A stretch of DNA of 64,000 nucleotides from the NCBI RefSeq assembly GCF_036971445.1, contig NC_091478.1, forward strand, positions 68,944,001 through 69,008,000. The letters run 5' to 3'. How positions within the stretch are numbered: the stretch's first letter is position 1; every line of letters begins with the position of its first letter. Both the position numbers and the translations under genes were made by a program. The notes below the pieces were generated by a model that made no database searches, was not told the origin of the DNA, and was given only the letters and a program-made list of their open reading frames with translations. Positions 52,836-64,000 of the stretch are shown in pieces. This stretch comes from Narcine bancroftii (taxonomy: Eukaryota).

Positions 52836-53789
52836 CTTCTTCTTTGGCTTGGCTTCGCGGACGAAGATTTATGGAGGGGGTAAAAGTCCACGTCAGCTGC
52901 AGGTTCATTTGTGGCTGACAAGTCCGATGCGGGACAGGCAGACACGTTTGAGGCGATATCAGCCCACTGGCGGTGGTCAATGTGGCAGGCACCAAGAGAT
53001 TTCTTTAGGCAGTCCTTGTACCTTTTCTTTGGTGCACCTCTGTCACGGTGGCCAGTGGAGAGCTCGCCATATAACACGATCTTGGGAAGGCGATGGTCCT
53101 CCATTCTGGAGACGTGACCCACCCAGCGCAGCTGGATCTTCAACAGCGTGGACTCGATGCTGTCGACCTCTGCCATCTCGAGTACTTCGACGTTAGGGAT
53201 GTAAGCGCTCCAATGGATGTTGAGGATGGAGCGGAGACAACGCTGGTGGAAGCGTTCTAGGAGCCATAGGTGATGTCGGTAGAGGACCCATGATTCGGAG
53301 CCGAACAGGAGTGTGGGTATGACAACGGCTCTGTATACGTTTATCTTTGTGAGGTTTTTCAGTTGGTTGTTTTTCCAGACTCTTTTGTGTAGTCTTCCAA
53401 AGGCACTATTTGCCTTGGCGAGTCTGTTGTCTATCTCATTGTCGATCCTTGCATCTGCTGAAATGGTGCAGCCAAGATAGGTAAACTGGTTGACCGTTTT
53501 GAGTTTTGTGTGCCCGATGGAGACGCTGTTTACACCCGGTACCGCACGGATGGCAGTCTCTTCAATCTGAGGCGCCTGCAAGCTCACACCAAGACACAAG
53601 AGAAACTTGTCCGTGAACTACTCTTTGCAGACGATGCCGCTTTAGTTGCCCATTCAGAGCCAGCTCTTCAGCGCTTGACGTCCTGCTTTGCGGAAACTGC
53701 CAAAATGTTTGGCCTGGAAGTCAGCCTGAAGAAAACTGAGGTCCTCCATCAGCCAGCTCCCCACCATGACTACCAGCCCCCCCCACACC
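52836..53789 (-). mobile_element. RTE LINE (subfamily A) with a 5' inversion, in the COG8 promoter region
   Basis: 3' part on minus (52836-~53523), 5' part inverted on plus (~53521-53789). 13-bp TSD TCCAAGCTACCTT (52823-52835 and 53790-53802). Confidence 0.93.
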
Positions 53790-53834
53790 TCCAAGCTACC
53801 TTACCGAGGCCTAAAATACCTCCCCCAACTACTT

Positions 53835-54930
53835 TACAGCCAGTCGTGTTTCAGAAGCGAAACATGAACGTCTGCAGACGCTGTGATTGTAGTAAAAACA
53901 GAGAAAGGCTGTTGGAATTCCGCAGGCCTCGCAGCATCCAGAGGAGGAAGGAAAATAACTGAAACCTTCTTCAAGGTGTGAACAAAAAGCCGGGAGGCGC
54001 CTGAATAAAAGGGCAGAGGGCAGGGGAGAAGCACTGTCCAATAGGATGAGAATGAGAGTTGGACATGGGTGGGATCGGGGGTGGTTCTGTGAAGGCAGAG
54101 CTGAATGGAAAGGCGACAGAGGGGAAGGGGGAGATATGATGATGATGGGGGTGCGGCTAACAGAAGCCGGAGGTTGATGTTAATACCTTCCGGTTGGAGG
54201 GTGACCAGACAGAATGTGAGGTGTTCTTCCTCTACTCTGCAGGTGATCTCAGTCTGGCAATGCATGAGACCAGGGGCAGACATGTCAGCAAGGGAACAGG
54301 GTGGGGAATTGAAACGGGTGGCCACTGGGGGGGGGGTGGGGGGGGTCCCACTAAGAGCAAAAATACTGCATCCAACCTCTATCATATAGAGGAGACCACA
54401 ACAGGAGCACCGGATGCAGTAGATGACGCCTGCAGATTCTCATGTAATTGTTGATCAACTTGAAAGGAATGTTTGGGAAACCCCCCCCCCCCCTGAAAGG
54501 TGGTGAGGGGCATGTCACAGGGACAGTCACAGGGAAAGGTGCCAAGGGGGTGATTGTTGGGAAGGGAGGAGAGGACGAGGGAGTCACAGAGAAAGCAGTT
54601 CCTGTCGAAGGTAGCGATGAGAACGTGTCTAATGATGGGTTCACATAGTAGTAGGTAGAAATTCAAATTGCTACCAACTTCCACCCTGACCTCAAATTCA
54701 CTTGGTCCATCTCTGGCACACTCTCCCCTTTCTCGATTTCTGTGGCTCCATCTCAGGAGACATAAGCTGGACAGACATTTCCTACAAACCACCAACTCCC
54801 ACAGCTACACCTCACTACACGTCTCCATGCCTGACTCCCGTAGGGGTTCCATTTCATTCTCTCAATTCCTCCTCCTCCGACACATCTGCCACCAGGTTGG
54901 GTCTTCTATGTGGGATCATCAGAGATGTCA
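53835..54930 (-). mobile_element. Penelope-like element remnants
   Basis: VATRFNSPPCS..EEEHLTFCLVTLQPEGININ (GIY-YIG C-terminus). The RT remnant TDISYKP at 54.7-54.9 kb lies in the opposite orientation. Confidence 0.7.
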
Positions 54931-56249
54931 TGCAGACCACAAGATCGCTTTGCTGAGTGTTTTTTTGAAGAACATTTATATTTGTAATAAATTGTGACTC
55001 ATATAAATTTGCACGCAAGATGTTACAGAATACAAAATCATACATTAAAATAATCACGTTAGATAATACTAACAATTTCTCCTTGAAGAACTTCCATGCA
55101 CTACATCAGAATGAAAACTTTTACATCTACAGATAATTCTCGATATAGCTAGACGTTTTTAATCTTGGGTCAGAGATATGTTATTTAATAAGTATTATTA
55201 GTTATTATTACTGTAATTATCAACCATTAGATTTCAGCCTGTTTCTTCTGCAAGCATTCTCAGAGTCTACCATTAGTAGTGTCATTTAATATGTAGCAAT
55301 TTAAATTACTGATGTATTAGCAATATCGTTATTCATCAGGTTGCTGGCTGCCTTGAACAGATGCAGCCACTTGACAGAGTGGATTTAATTTAACATAACA
55401 TAGTTGGTCCTTAAAACTAACAGAATGAACACAGATCATTGTTGATACAAATTACAACAATGAAAATGCACTGCATTGGGATGGTAGTAGAAGTGGAGAC
55501 GGGGAAATCATATGCATACGTATTGTATTGGAAATAGACTTTTACTTGTAGGAGTGGAAATACACAAGATGTTCTGTATTTGCACAGTTTATTTACATTT
55601 CTTCTTGAGTACCATTTACAGTTACAAGTAATTTAGAAATTCTGCCTGACCTTGTACTCTGACAATAAATTTGAACTTTTGGAAAAAAGTGGTTTGAAGG
55701 TTAGTTGCAAAGGTAAGTGGCCCAGGAATTAGAATATAAAAATATAAGAGGAGCAGTAAACTATCTGGCCTCTCGAGCCTTTCAAGGTAAACATGATTGA
55801 TCTGCCCCAGGTCTCAATTCCTTTTTGATGCAAATTTTACTAGCTCTGGAATTCAATTTCTGTGACACACTTTTGTTTATATTTTCTGTCCTCTCCTATT
55901 ATCCTTTTTAACTATATTGTAATAAAAATAGTGGGTTGTGGGTTTGAGGTAGGGATGGTTAGTTTGTCAAGTAGGTTTATAGAGGTTGGCACAACGTTGT
56001 GGCCTAAGGGCCTCTCCTGTGCTGTAATGTTCTATGTTTATCCCTTCATTATCTTGTGCCTATTGCTCTCTTTTTTTTTATTTATCAAACTCGCTCTAAC
56101 TTGAAACCACCCCCTTCCCTTCCTCCCACCACCTCAATTACTTTAAAGCCTCTGTAATTCTATTTATTTGATTCACCTGACATTGCTCAAAATAAACCAG
56201 TTTTAATAGAACTGTTTCTTTCCCCTGTAATTGGATCCAGGATTTCCTC

Positions 56250-57230
56250 ATCCCCTGGCCCAATCAGTGAGGATTGGTAAAAACATCTCCAACAGCAGCA
56301 GAGCACCACAGGCCTGGATTCTTAGCCCCTTGCTCGATTCACCCTACACCTATGACTTGGTATGACAACATCTACAAATTCACTGACCATACCATGATAG
56401 TGGATTGTTCAAAAAGGGTGATGTATCAGCATGCAGGAGAGAGATGAAGACTTGGCTAAATGGTGCACCACCAACAACAACCTCACGCTCAATGTCACCA
56501 AAACTAAGGAGCTGATTGTTGACTTCAGGAAGGGAAAATCGGTGGTGTATAATCCAGTGATCATTGGGGGATCAGAGATAGAAGGGGTGAGCAAATTTAA
56601 GTTCTTGGGAGTCACTATCTTGGAGGTCCTCTCCTGGATGCAACACGTTAATGGCATTGTGAATAAAGCTCATCAGCACCTCTACTTCCTCAGTAGTTTA
56701 TGGAGGTTCGGTATGACATCGGAAACTTTGGCAAACTTCTAAAATTGCAGAGTGGAAAGTCTGCAGACCAAGACCAGATACATCATGGTCTGATATGGGG
56801 ACACCAATACCTCTGAGTCCAAAGCCCTGCAAAAGGGAGTGGAAACAGTCCAGTGAATCGCAGGCTAAATTCTCCTCATCATCAAGAAAAATCTACAGGG
56901 AACGCTGTATCAGAGAGCATCTAGGATCAGCACCACCCAGCAAGCACTCTGTTCTCACTGCTGTTGTCAGGAAAGAGGCACAGGTGCCTCAGGACTCATA
57001 CCTTCAGGTCAAGAACAGATGTCACCTCTTCATTAACAATACTCATCCAGAGACTCACTGAAGGACTGTTACTTTCCTCATGATCTATCACTGAATATTT
57101 ATATTTCTGAATTTGCACAGTTAATTTACATTTCTTCTTGAGTACCATTTACAGTTTAGAAATTCTGCCTGACCTTGCAGGAAAAAGATGGCATATATGT
57201 ACTCTGACAATAAATTTGAACTTTTGGAAA
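56250..57230 (+). mobile_element. L2/Rex-Babar-like LINE 3' fragment
   Basis: LTLNVTKTKELIVDFRK, KFLGVTI and KAHQHLYFL motifs; tail CAATAAATTTGAACTTT. Confidence 0.8.
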
Positions 57231-59034
57231 AATAAACAGCAGATTTTCCAGATTATTGGATGCTAATCTATTAATATCCAAACATGCAAGTGAAGTCGAG
57301 GGCAAAATTTCTGTACAGATGGATACTGAAGTCCAAAATAGTCACAAATGTGTACGGCAGGGAAGAGGGATAGAGTGTGCTGGGAACTTGGTTTCAATGT
57401 GTTAAGTCTCTTCTGCAGAGACTTAAAACATACCTCGGTACACAGAGACACACATACAGACACACACACTCCCAGACATCAGGAGCGAACTCATGTCCTT
57501 GCCCTAGGCTTCTCCCTCACACTCACTGTCCCATCTCCTTCCTTCTCCAGCTTCCTTCCCTCATTCATCCTACTTCCCCAATTTTCTCCCTCAAACTTTT
57601 CCCTCTGACCCCTGTCCCTTTACTCACCTTCCAACGTCATTCTTTCCCCATTTATTTCCCTCATGATTCTCCCACCTCCTGACCTCCCTGGACTTCAGCT
57701 CGTTTCTTTCTCAAAGTGAGTCACAGCCGCATGGAAGCCTTTGAACAAGGGCCCCTGCCCCGTCGCCCCTCCACTTCCCAGGGACAGCACCACCTAGAAC
57801 GAAGGTCAGACGAAGTGGATTTAAAAAACGTAAATGATATCCCTGCCAATATCGAATAATACTATCGGTTCGTTTCGACTTCAATTTACATTATTCTTAT
57901 CAATGAGGATCATCAGTAGGTTTCAATTAGCAGCCTTAATTTTGGCGGAAGAGTTCAGTGCGCTCTCTGGACTTTATCTTCACCAATCTTGAGTAAAACC
58001 AATGATTGTGAATTTATTATGTTTGCTTTGAATTAGGTATAAAGCTTTGTTTGTCATGAGGAACGACTGGAGGTGAGTACAATGCTTCAGGTTTCACGTA
58101 AAGTTTCGTGTCCCATTAAATCCTTTCTCTGAAAGGCCGTCACGATGCTCAATTTCCTTCAGCATTGGTACTTCGTGTGTACTTAGTCCCGTCCGATATA
58201 GATTGTGCATCGTGGCCTTTTTGAACTATTACTATCCATTAGAGACGCCACGCCGGGAAATGGACTGGTCAAAGAATGGTTGAAGAAGTTGCAGCGTTCA
58301 TCCGAAGCACTCAAATCAGTGCAGTGTTCGCTGTGGATTCACATCCGTTCCGCAACGTCTCTTGCCCTATCCACTTCCTCGTCACCGATCGTTTACAAGA
58401 AAGTCTGTAGAGCCAGCCTGATTTTGTGTCCTTCTATCCCGTGGTGGAAACATCTGTGGAATGGTGAAGCTTCGCCCATTCATGCAGGTTTGCGAACAGA
58501 AGGAATTTTACTGCTGGGAGCGCCGAGATAAAGGGTAGTAACAGTTCGACATCTGCACCCGTCTGTCTGCGGCAAATGGAGCCCCATCCCACCAACCGGA
58601 CTCGAGGGTAAGAGTGCGTTCACAGGAGTTCATTCAACTTCAGAGTCGCTAGAAAAGTTCACAAACTAAACCAAGAGCGAGTGAAGGGAGCATTAGTGTG
58701 ACTATTGCTGCCAATGTGGTGGAATGAAAGTTGAAGCACGGGATGAGGTCGCCAGAATGTTCCCCCATTTATGTCAGCAAAATAAAAATGTGTTGCCCAT
58801 AAGAGTCCCTGACATTCGTGCGTCTGCGGAGCTGAACCATGAAAGGGCAACATTCCCTCGCGCTATCAAGCAGTTCTTCACCAAATAAGTGCACTCGACC
58901 GCTGATGGAGTGTGGAATGACAATTTCAGATGTGATCATTGCTTTAATCTTTTCCACCCCCCCTCCCCCTTCATCGTTGCGTGCACAAAGTGGCCGTTTT
59001 AACAATGGTGGGCACTGCGCACCGAAGAACCACA

Positions 59035-60072
59035 ATGCTACTTAGCGCGTTGAACTTGACCCTCTCCCATTATTTTACACGTGACTACATTGCGGTCGAC
59101 TCTGGGTTGTTCGGCGGGAGAGCCACTCGCCAGGTTTTGCCGGCCGACCTCAGTCACCTGAGCCCAGAAGGTGCTGGCTGCCCCGACCAGAGAGGCTCAG
59201 CCGCAGAGACGACCCGGGCCTTGGCCTTTGTGCATCTGGGCTTGCGGTCCGCAGAACAGAGTCCTTGATGACCTTCCCGGCTTGTGCGAAGGTTCTAGGC
59301 AATGCCATCACACTCTGCTCCTTGGGGGTTAGACAATTGCGCACCACACACCGTTACCTGAGGGTCTTTCTCGCCCTGGTTGTTCCCTTTTCCGTCGACA
59401 CCGAGATCGTGAGCGGGGGAGAGCCGTCCGCCTGGGCCCAGGGACACTCGACCAGGGGAGGCAGCCAGTCCTGCCACCTGGTCGGACCGGTGTTCGCCGG
59501 CCGCACCTTTGTGTTCATCTTTCTGCTACAGAGCGTGGCCATCCTGAAACCCCAGCACAAGAACTTGCTGCTCACCCACAAGAGGATGGGGGCCATCATC
59601 TGCTGTTCGTGGCTGGCGGCCTTACCGGTCAGCGACCACTTCACTCTGGGGTCCAACGATTGGAGCCGCATGTGCAACAACGCGGTCGTGGCCACGGCTT
59701 CGAAGGTATCGGGCTGGAACGTCCTGCTGCTCTTCCCTGCCTTCGACTTCACCCTCTAGGCCGCCACGTGGGTGGTCAACGTGCTGTCCTTCAGCACCAT
59801 CCGCCGCCGTTCCAAGAAATTCAAGGTCTTGATCGAATCAGGCACCTTCCCCCGGCCGTCGCGCCGACATCGAAGCCGCAAAAACCATCGCCGTCCCGAC
59901 CATCGCGTTCGCCGCCTCCTCCAGTCCCATCACCACCTTTGTGGTGGCCAATACCCGCGACTGCCGTTGGCGCACCTTCTTCTTTGCATTTTGATTCCTG
60001 GCCTCCAACAGTTACTTTAACTTTATTACCGACAGCGTCAGGGACCGGAGGTTCCGCAAAGAAATGCACTAA
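59035..60072 (+). pseudogene. Disrupted single-exon class A (rhodopsin-like) orphan GPCR
   Basis: TM1 VLGNAITL, TM2 remnant LVVPFSV, TM3 CHLVGPVFAG..IFLLQSVAILKP, TM4 IICCSWL, ECL2 SRMCN, TM5 LLLFPAFDFTL, TM6 DIEAAKTI, TM7/helix 8 LASNS..SVRDRRFRK. Lesions: TAG 59757-59759, frameshift at ~59862, TGA 59992-59994, further indels near 59260. Confidence 0.75.
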
Positions 60073-60552
60073 TTATTCCACAAAAATTTTCCGACATGGT
60101 CTGAAAAAAAAAACCTGAAAGTCTAAGGCCTTCGTTTTCCTGCAGGGCTCCACCGCTTTCCGACTGATGACAGAGACCACCTTTTCCAAAGTCATCCAAC
60201 ATCTTCAAATTTTCCTCCTGACACAACATCCTTTTGAAGTTAACGTCAGCACGCGTCCCTGGTTGGATGGATGCTCGTTCACCCCCGGAGATGGGGAATC
60301 CGGGTAGCCATGGCGCACTAATACTGCCTTTCAGGAACTGTGCAGGAAGGGTACAATTATCACTGACTTCCTGGGAAAAAAAGTTATCCTCCAGTGAACG
60401 TGTTTGTGGGAGCTTGCTGTGCTCCAATGACCTGCAGCAACAACCATGCATCATGACTACAGAGCTTTAGACTGCTCAGTCATATTTATAGCTCCTTTCG
60501 AGTCGTGTTTTAAAATTAAATCTTTGGTTTGGAGGGCTGTTTAAGAAACGAT

Positions 60553-60795
60553 GGCACAGTTAACATAGCGGTTAGCGCCATGCAGGTACAGCACCAAAAT
60601 CAGGACATGGGTTCATATCCCGCGCGGCCTGTCCATTCTCGCCGTGTGCGCGTGGATTTGCCCCGGGGTTCCGGTTCCCCCCACCTTCGAAACGTAGCAG
60701 GGGTGTAGGTCAATCCGCTGTAATTGGGCGGCACCGGCGTGGGTCGAAACGGCCTGTTTACATGTTGTATATCGAAATTTAAATTTAAAAAATTT
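60553..60795 (+). mobile_element. tRNA-derived SINE (V-SINE/HE1-like)
   Basis: A-box-like TAGCGGTTAG, B-box-like GGTTCATATCC, central CATTCTC..GTG.GCGTGG..TT..CCCGGG domain, AT tail. Confidence 0.7.
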
Positions 60796-61357
60796 AGAAC
60801 AATTAAGAAATGTAAGACTTTGACTTCATTTTCGTTATGACTTCTTTCTGTGTAATAATGGAAACGTCAGTCAAATGCTATTTCAAAAAGAATCTGGAAG
60901 GATAATGTATCATTAAATGTTTTCTTGCTATGATTTGTATACATTTCTACTGAAACAGGGTGCCGAAGACATTCTTAAATGAACATAGCAGTATTTATCG
61001 TCGTAGTGGCTATCCCTTGTCACTGGGGATGGTGGCCTTTGTTCCGTTGATCCAGAGAGCGAAGACGCCTGTGTACTCCAAGAAGCACACAATACTTCAC
61101 AAATCGACCAACTAATTCCAATGGCATGAAAACCAGGACGGTTGGAGCTCATGGATTTGTTGCAGCCTTAAGCCCCTTTCACACTTGCATTCCAATAAAT
61201 CGGCAGTTCAGTGTCCGGGATAGGAATAGGGGTTTGGGCTTTCACACTAGACCACTCCTAACCAGGACACTAAACAATTTCGTACTTGCAAGGATTTATC
61301 CCTGGCGTTTGTCTGTTCTGCAATGCAATTGCCCGTTTCACGCTTGCCTGATCTCAA

Positions 61358-61641
61358 CGCTGGCGTCTGCAGACAGAATCAGACACACACAAGGTAAAGA
61401 CTGTACAGCAGGCTTTAATCCACAAAGACTTCCACAGAGCCAGGCTGGCTGCGGCTGTAGTAACTCTGAGTGAGGCCTCGGGAGGCCGGCGCAGACTTGT
61501 ATCCCGGAGGGTGATTGACACCCGACTGGGTGGGGCTTGATCCAGTCCACTGCTTGACAGCCTGCCGTGTTGTTCTATCCCCTTACACTCCTCCAGGTAC
61601 AGAGGTTGCCCCCTGCAGTAGGCCAGTGGTGTAGCACCACA
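61358..61641 (-). mobile_element. Probable solo LTR (Gypsy-like), 3' end unclear
   Basis: Minus strand starts TGTGGTG, with a TATA-like GGATACAAG and ATTAAA followed by a GT-rich stretch. No TSD found. Confidence 0.4.
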
Positions 61642-64000
61642 AAAATACATAAAAAACATTTTATGATTTCAATCTTTGGCCCCAGGTAGGGGAGGGGGCT
61701 GGTGCATATGCCCCCATTTTGAATGGCTGCGGAAAATGACTGAGAATTTTGAGTACACAGTAAAGGGATGTAACATGCCATCAGACAGATCAGCATTCTC
61801 AACATCAATGATTGAACAGAGATCTGAAGCCCATTCAGGTGTAATTCTATTGATGGAGCACTTAAACTTTCCCCTCTAAAAGTGTGTAAATCTGGTTACA
61901 GCCAACCAACTAATGGTTAGACAATATAGCTCCCTTACTATGTTCATTTTAACGTACCAGTCTTGGTTCCTACCTACCCTTCAACCAGAGCCAGTTCTTG
62001 CATCCTAATATACCAGGCATTAATAATCCTATATCTCACCAGTTTCATGCTCTCTTTAACTCCACCAGGGCTCTCATCCTCTGCTTCCTTTAAAATTCGT
62101 GTGCTCTCTTTGAATTCATTGCTGCACTAATTCCTATGTTCCCTCAAAACTCACCTTATTCTGTTCCTACATTCTCTTGAAACTTATCTGGCTGTTTTCC
62201 CATGTTCATTTGAAACTTGTGGGCACCCACACTTCCTTTAATCTTTCTGGGTTAACTGGAAGTGTATTATTATACCATGTAGCATGCAAAAAAAAAATTA
62301 GAACTGTGTCTGAATATTAATAGAAATCTGAAAATCTGCTAGTCTGGCTTCATTAAAGTGAAAGATAGACATTGGTGCTTAACTGTATTTTATAAGGATT
62401 TCCAAATTATTCTTTTTTTCATAATGACCTTACTCAAATATTTATATTGTAGTGTTGTAAATAATTACAGCCTAACATTTATATGAAATGCTGTGAATAC
62501 TGTCTCTAGAGGCATCAACTCTTTGAAACCAGTAGCAGAGCAGTAAAAATCCATTAAGTCTGGTTTAAAAAGATTTATTGTAAGTTGTAATTTACAAGGA
62601 CCGTCAGCAAAGTTGTTTCAGGAGAAATCCATTCTGATGAAAGGACTTTGACCCAAAATAGAGGGTTAGGAGGTAGGAAGGGCTTAGTTTCTTTTTGATA
62701 GGAATATATAGGTTGGCACAATATGGAGGGCCAAAGGACCTGTACAGTGCTGAGGTGTTCTAAAACATTATTTGCCTTATACAACATTAATGCTACCTGA
62801 TCTGCAGAGTATGTCCAACATCTTGTTTCTTTCCAGATCTGTTGCACTGCCAATGTTCAATATCTGAAGTTGGATGTTCTGTAATTGCACTTTGATTGAT
62901 TCTGCTGTATCGAGGCTCAAAGCTATTATCGAACTGCTTCCACAATACAGGACATAATAATGAGAACCCTGCTGTATTTCAGTGATACTTGTGTCAAACC
63001 TGGATACTAAGCACAAGTGAATAATGAATACAACCAATTGTAATATTCTACCCAGTGTTGGACATGTCAGTGACTGCACCAGGCTACTATTGATGCAGTA
63101 TATTGTTTATAAGTATAAATGTTCACTACTCATCTGTGAATGGAGCCAGATTGATCAGAGCACATGGTGCTGGAGAGAGAAGCCAAGTTCATTCAGAGGA
63201 ACAGGTAGTACAATTGCTGGGAAGGAATTAAGTAGAACCACTAGAAGAAAGTAAAGCTCAAGGTATTTGCAAATGACCTCAGCTGATCTCCTGGATGTCT
63301 GAGAGAAATGATTGGCAAAAGGCCAGAATCTATAATCTGTAATGACCACCTAGAATGGAAATAATTGGTCACTTAGTTACATGCTTTGAAATATATAAAA
63401 CTGCATTATTTTATCCATTCACTACATTTTGATATTAAAAAATATCTTTCATGTTATCCCCTCTAACTGCGCTGATTTAACAGGAATGTCAAGAGCATCT
63501 AAACTGAAAATACAAGATCGAATGAAATACTAGTCTCAGAAGTCCCCATGATGTGATATCAGATAACCTCTGCCATTATCCTGCAACAATGACTTCAGCG
63601 GAAATGCAGGGATAGAAATGTATGCAATATTTATCTGACCAGTGACCACCGGTGCTATTGAGGTCACACTCAGATGGATGAGCAGAGCACCTTTAGAGAA
63701 TGAGGCAATCCCCAAAACCTGTGCAGCTTTCTACAGACCAATCTGGAGAGGAAAATTTTAACATTTTCCAGGCTTCTTGGAGGGCCCATATTCCACAGCA
63801 TTTGTGCTTCCAGTCTGATCACTGGGAGGACAAGTTGGAGCTGTGAGAGATGCCCTTTCCTGCAGCCACTTCCCTTGGTAAAGAGTGGAGGCAAATCAGT
63901 TTCCTTACAAAGCTATCTCCAAACTGGTGAAATGACTGGTGCGTGCCTTAGGTTGGTTGCTGCCATTTTTGAAAGGCTTGTTTGAAATTTCACTGATGTA

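Noticed and set aside
52129-52995. 288-aa RTE-COG8 chimeric ORF as a real fusion gene
   Set aside because: Non-ATG start in an alternative RTE frame, crossing promoter motifs and a G18 run. Kept only as a low-interest note.
12276-54495. Scattered poly-G/poly-C runs as a functional pattern
   Set aside because: Mostly inside repeats or introns with no consistent spacing; lengths are unreliable in assemblies.
57720-58980. CpG-rich ORFs upstream of the GPCR pseudogene as NIP7 or another gene
   Set aside because: No recognisable protein motifs or consistent exon structure.
60553-60630. tRNA gene
   Set aside because: The A/B boxes belong to a SINE head; there is no complete cloverleaf.

Overview
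Vertebrate nuclear DNA, AT-rich and dense in transposable elements (TEs). The repeat complement (CR1, L2/Rex-like, Penelope, RTE, L1, V-SINE-like) and the protein divergence suggest a cartilaginous fish, but the species cannot be fixed from sequence alone. Three intact multi-exon genes can be assembled by hand: ATXN1L (minus, 2 coding exons, ~754 aa), NOB1 (plus, 9 coding exons, ~435 aa) and COG8 (minus, 4 coding exons, ~618 aa). All three have human orthologs on 16q22. A disrupted single-exon class A GPCR pseudogene lies at ~59.0-60.1 kb. No rRNA, tRNA or CRISPR was seen. The most unusual signals are: (i) a young RTE-clade LINE family in which 3 of 7 copies carry 5' inversions and the long copies share clustered 5' ends; (ii) an L1 flanked by a target-site duplication (TSD) that keeps ORF1 but has lost almost all of ORF2 (HAL1-like); (iii) exon-intron differences from the human genes (AXH intron in ATXN1L, fused COG8 exon 1, probable GC-AG intron in NOB1); (iv) inverted RTE copies bracketing NOB1 exons 5-6. 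I see no clear evidence for a wholly new biological system. Gene models were read by eye, comparisons to human genes rest on recall, and TE boundaries without a TSD are approximate.
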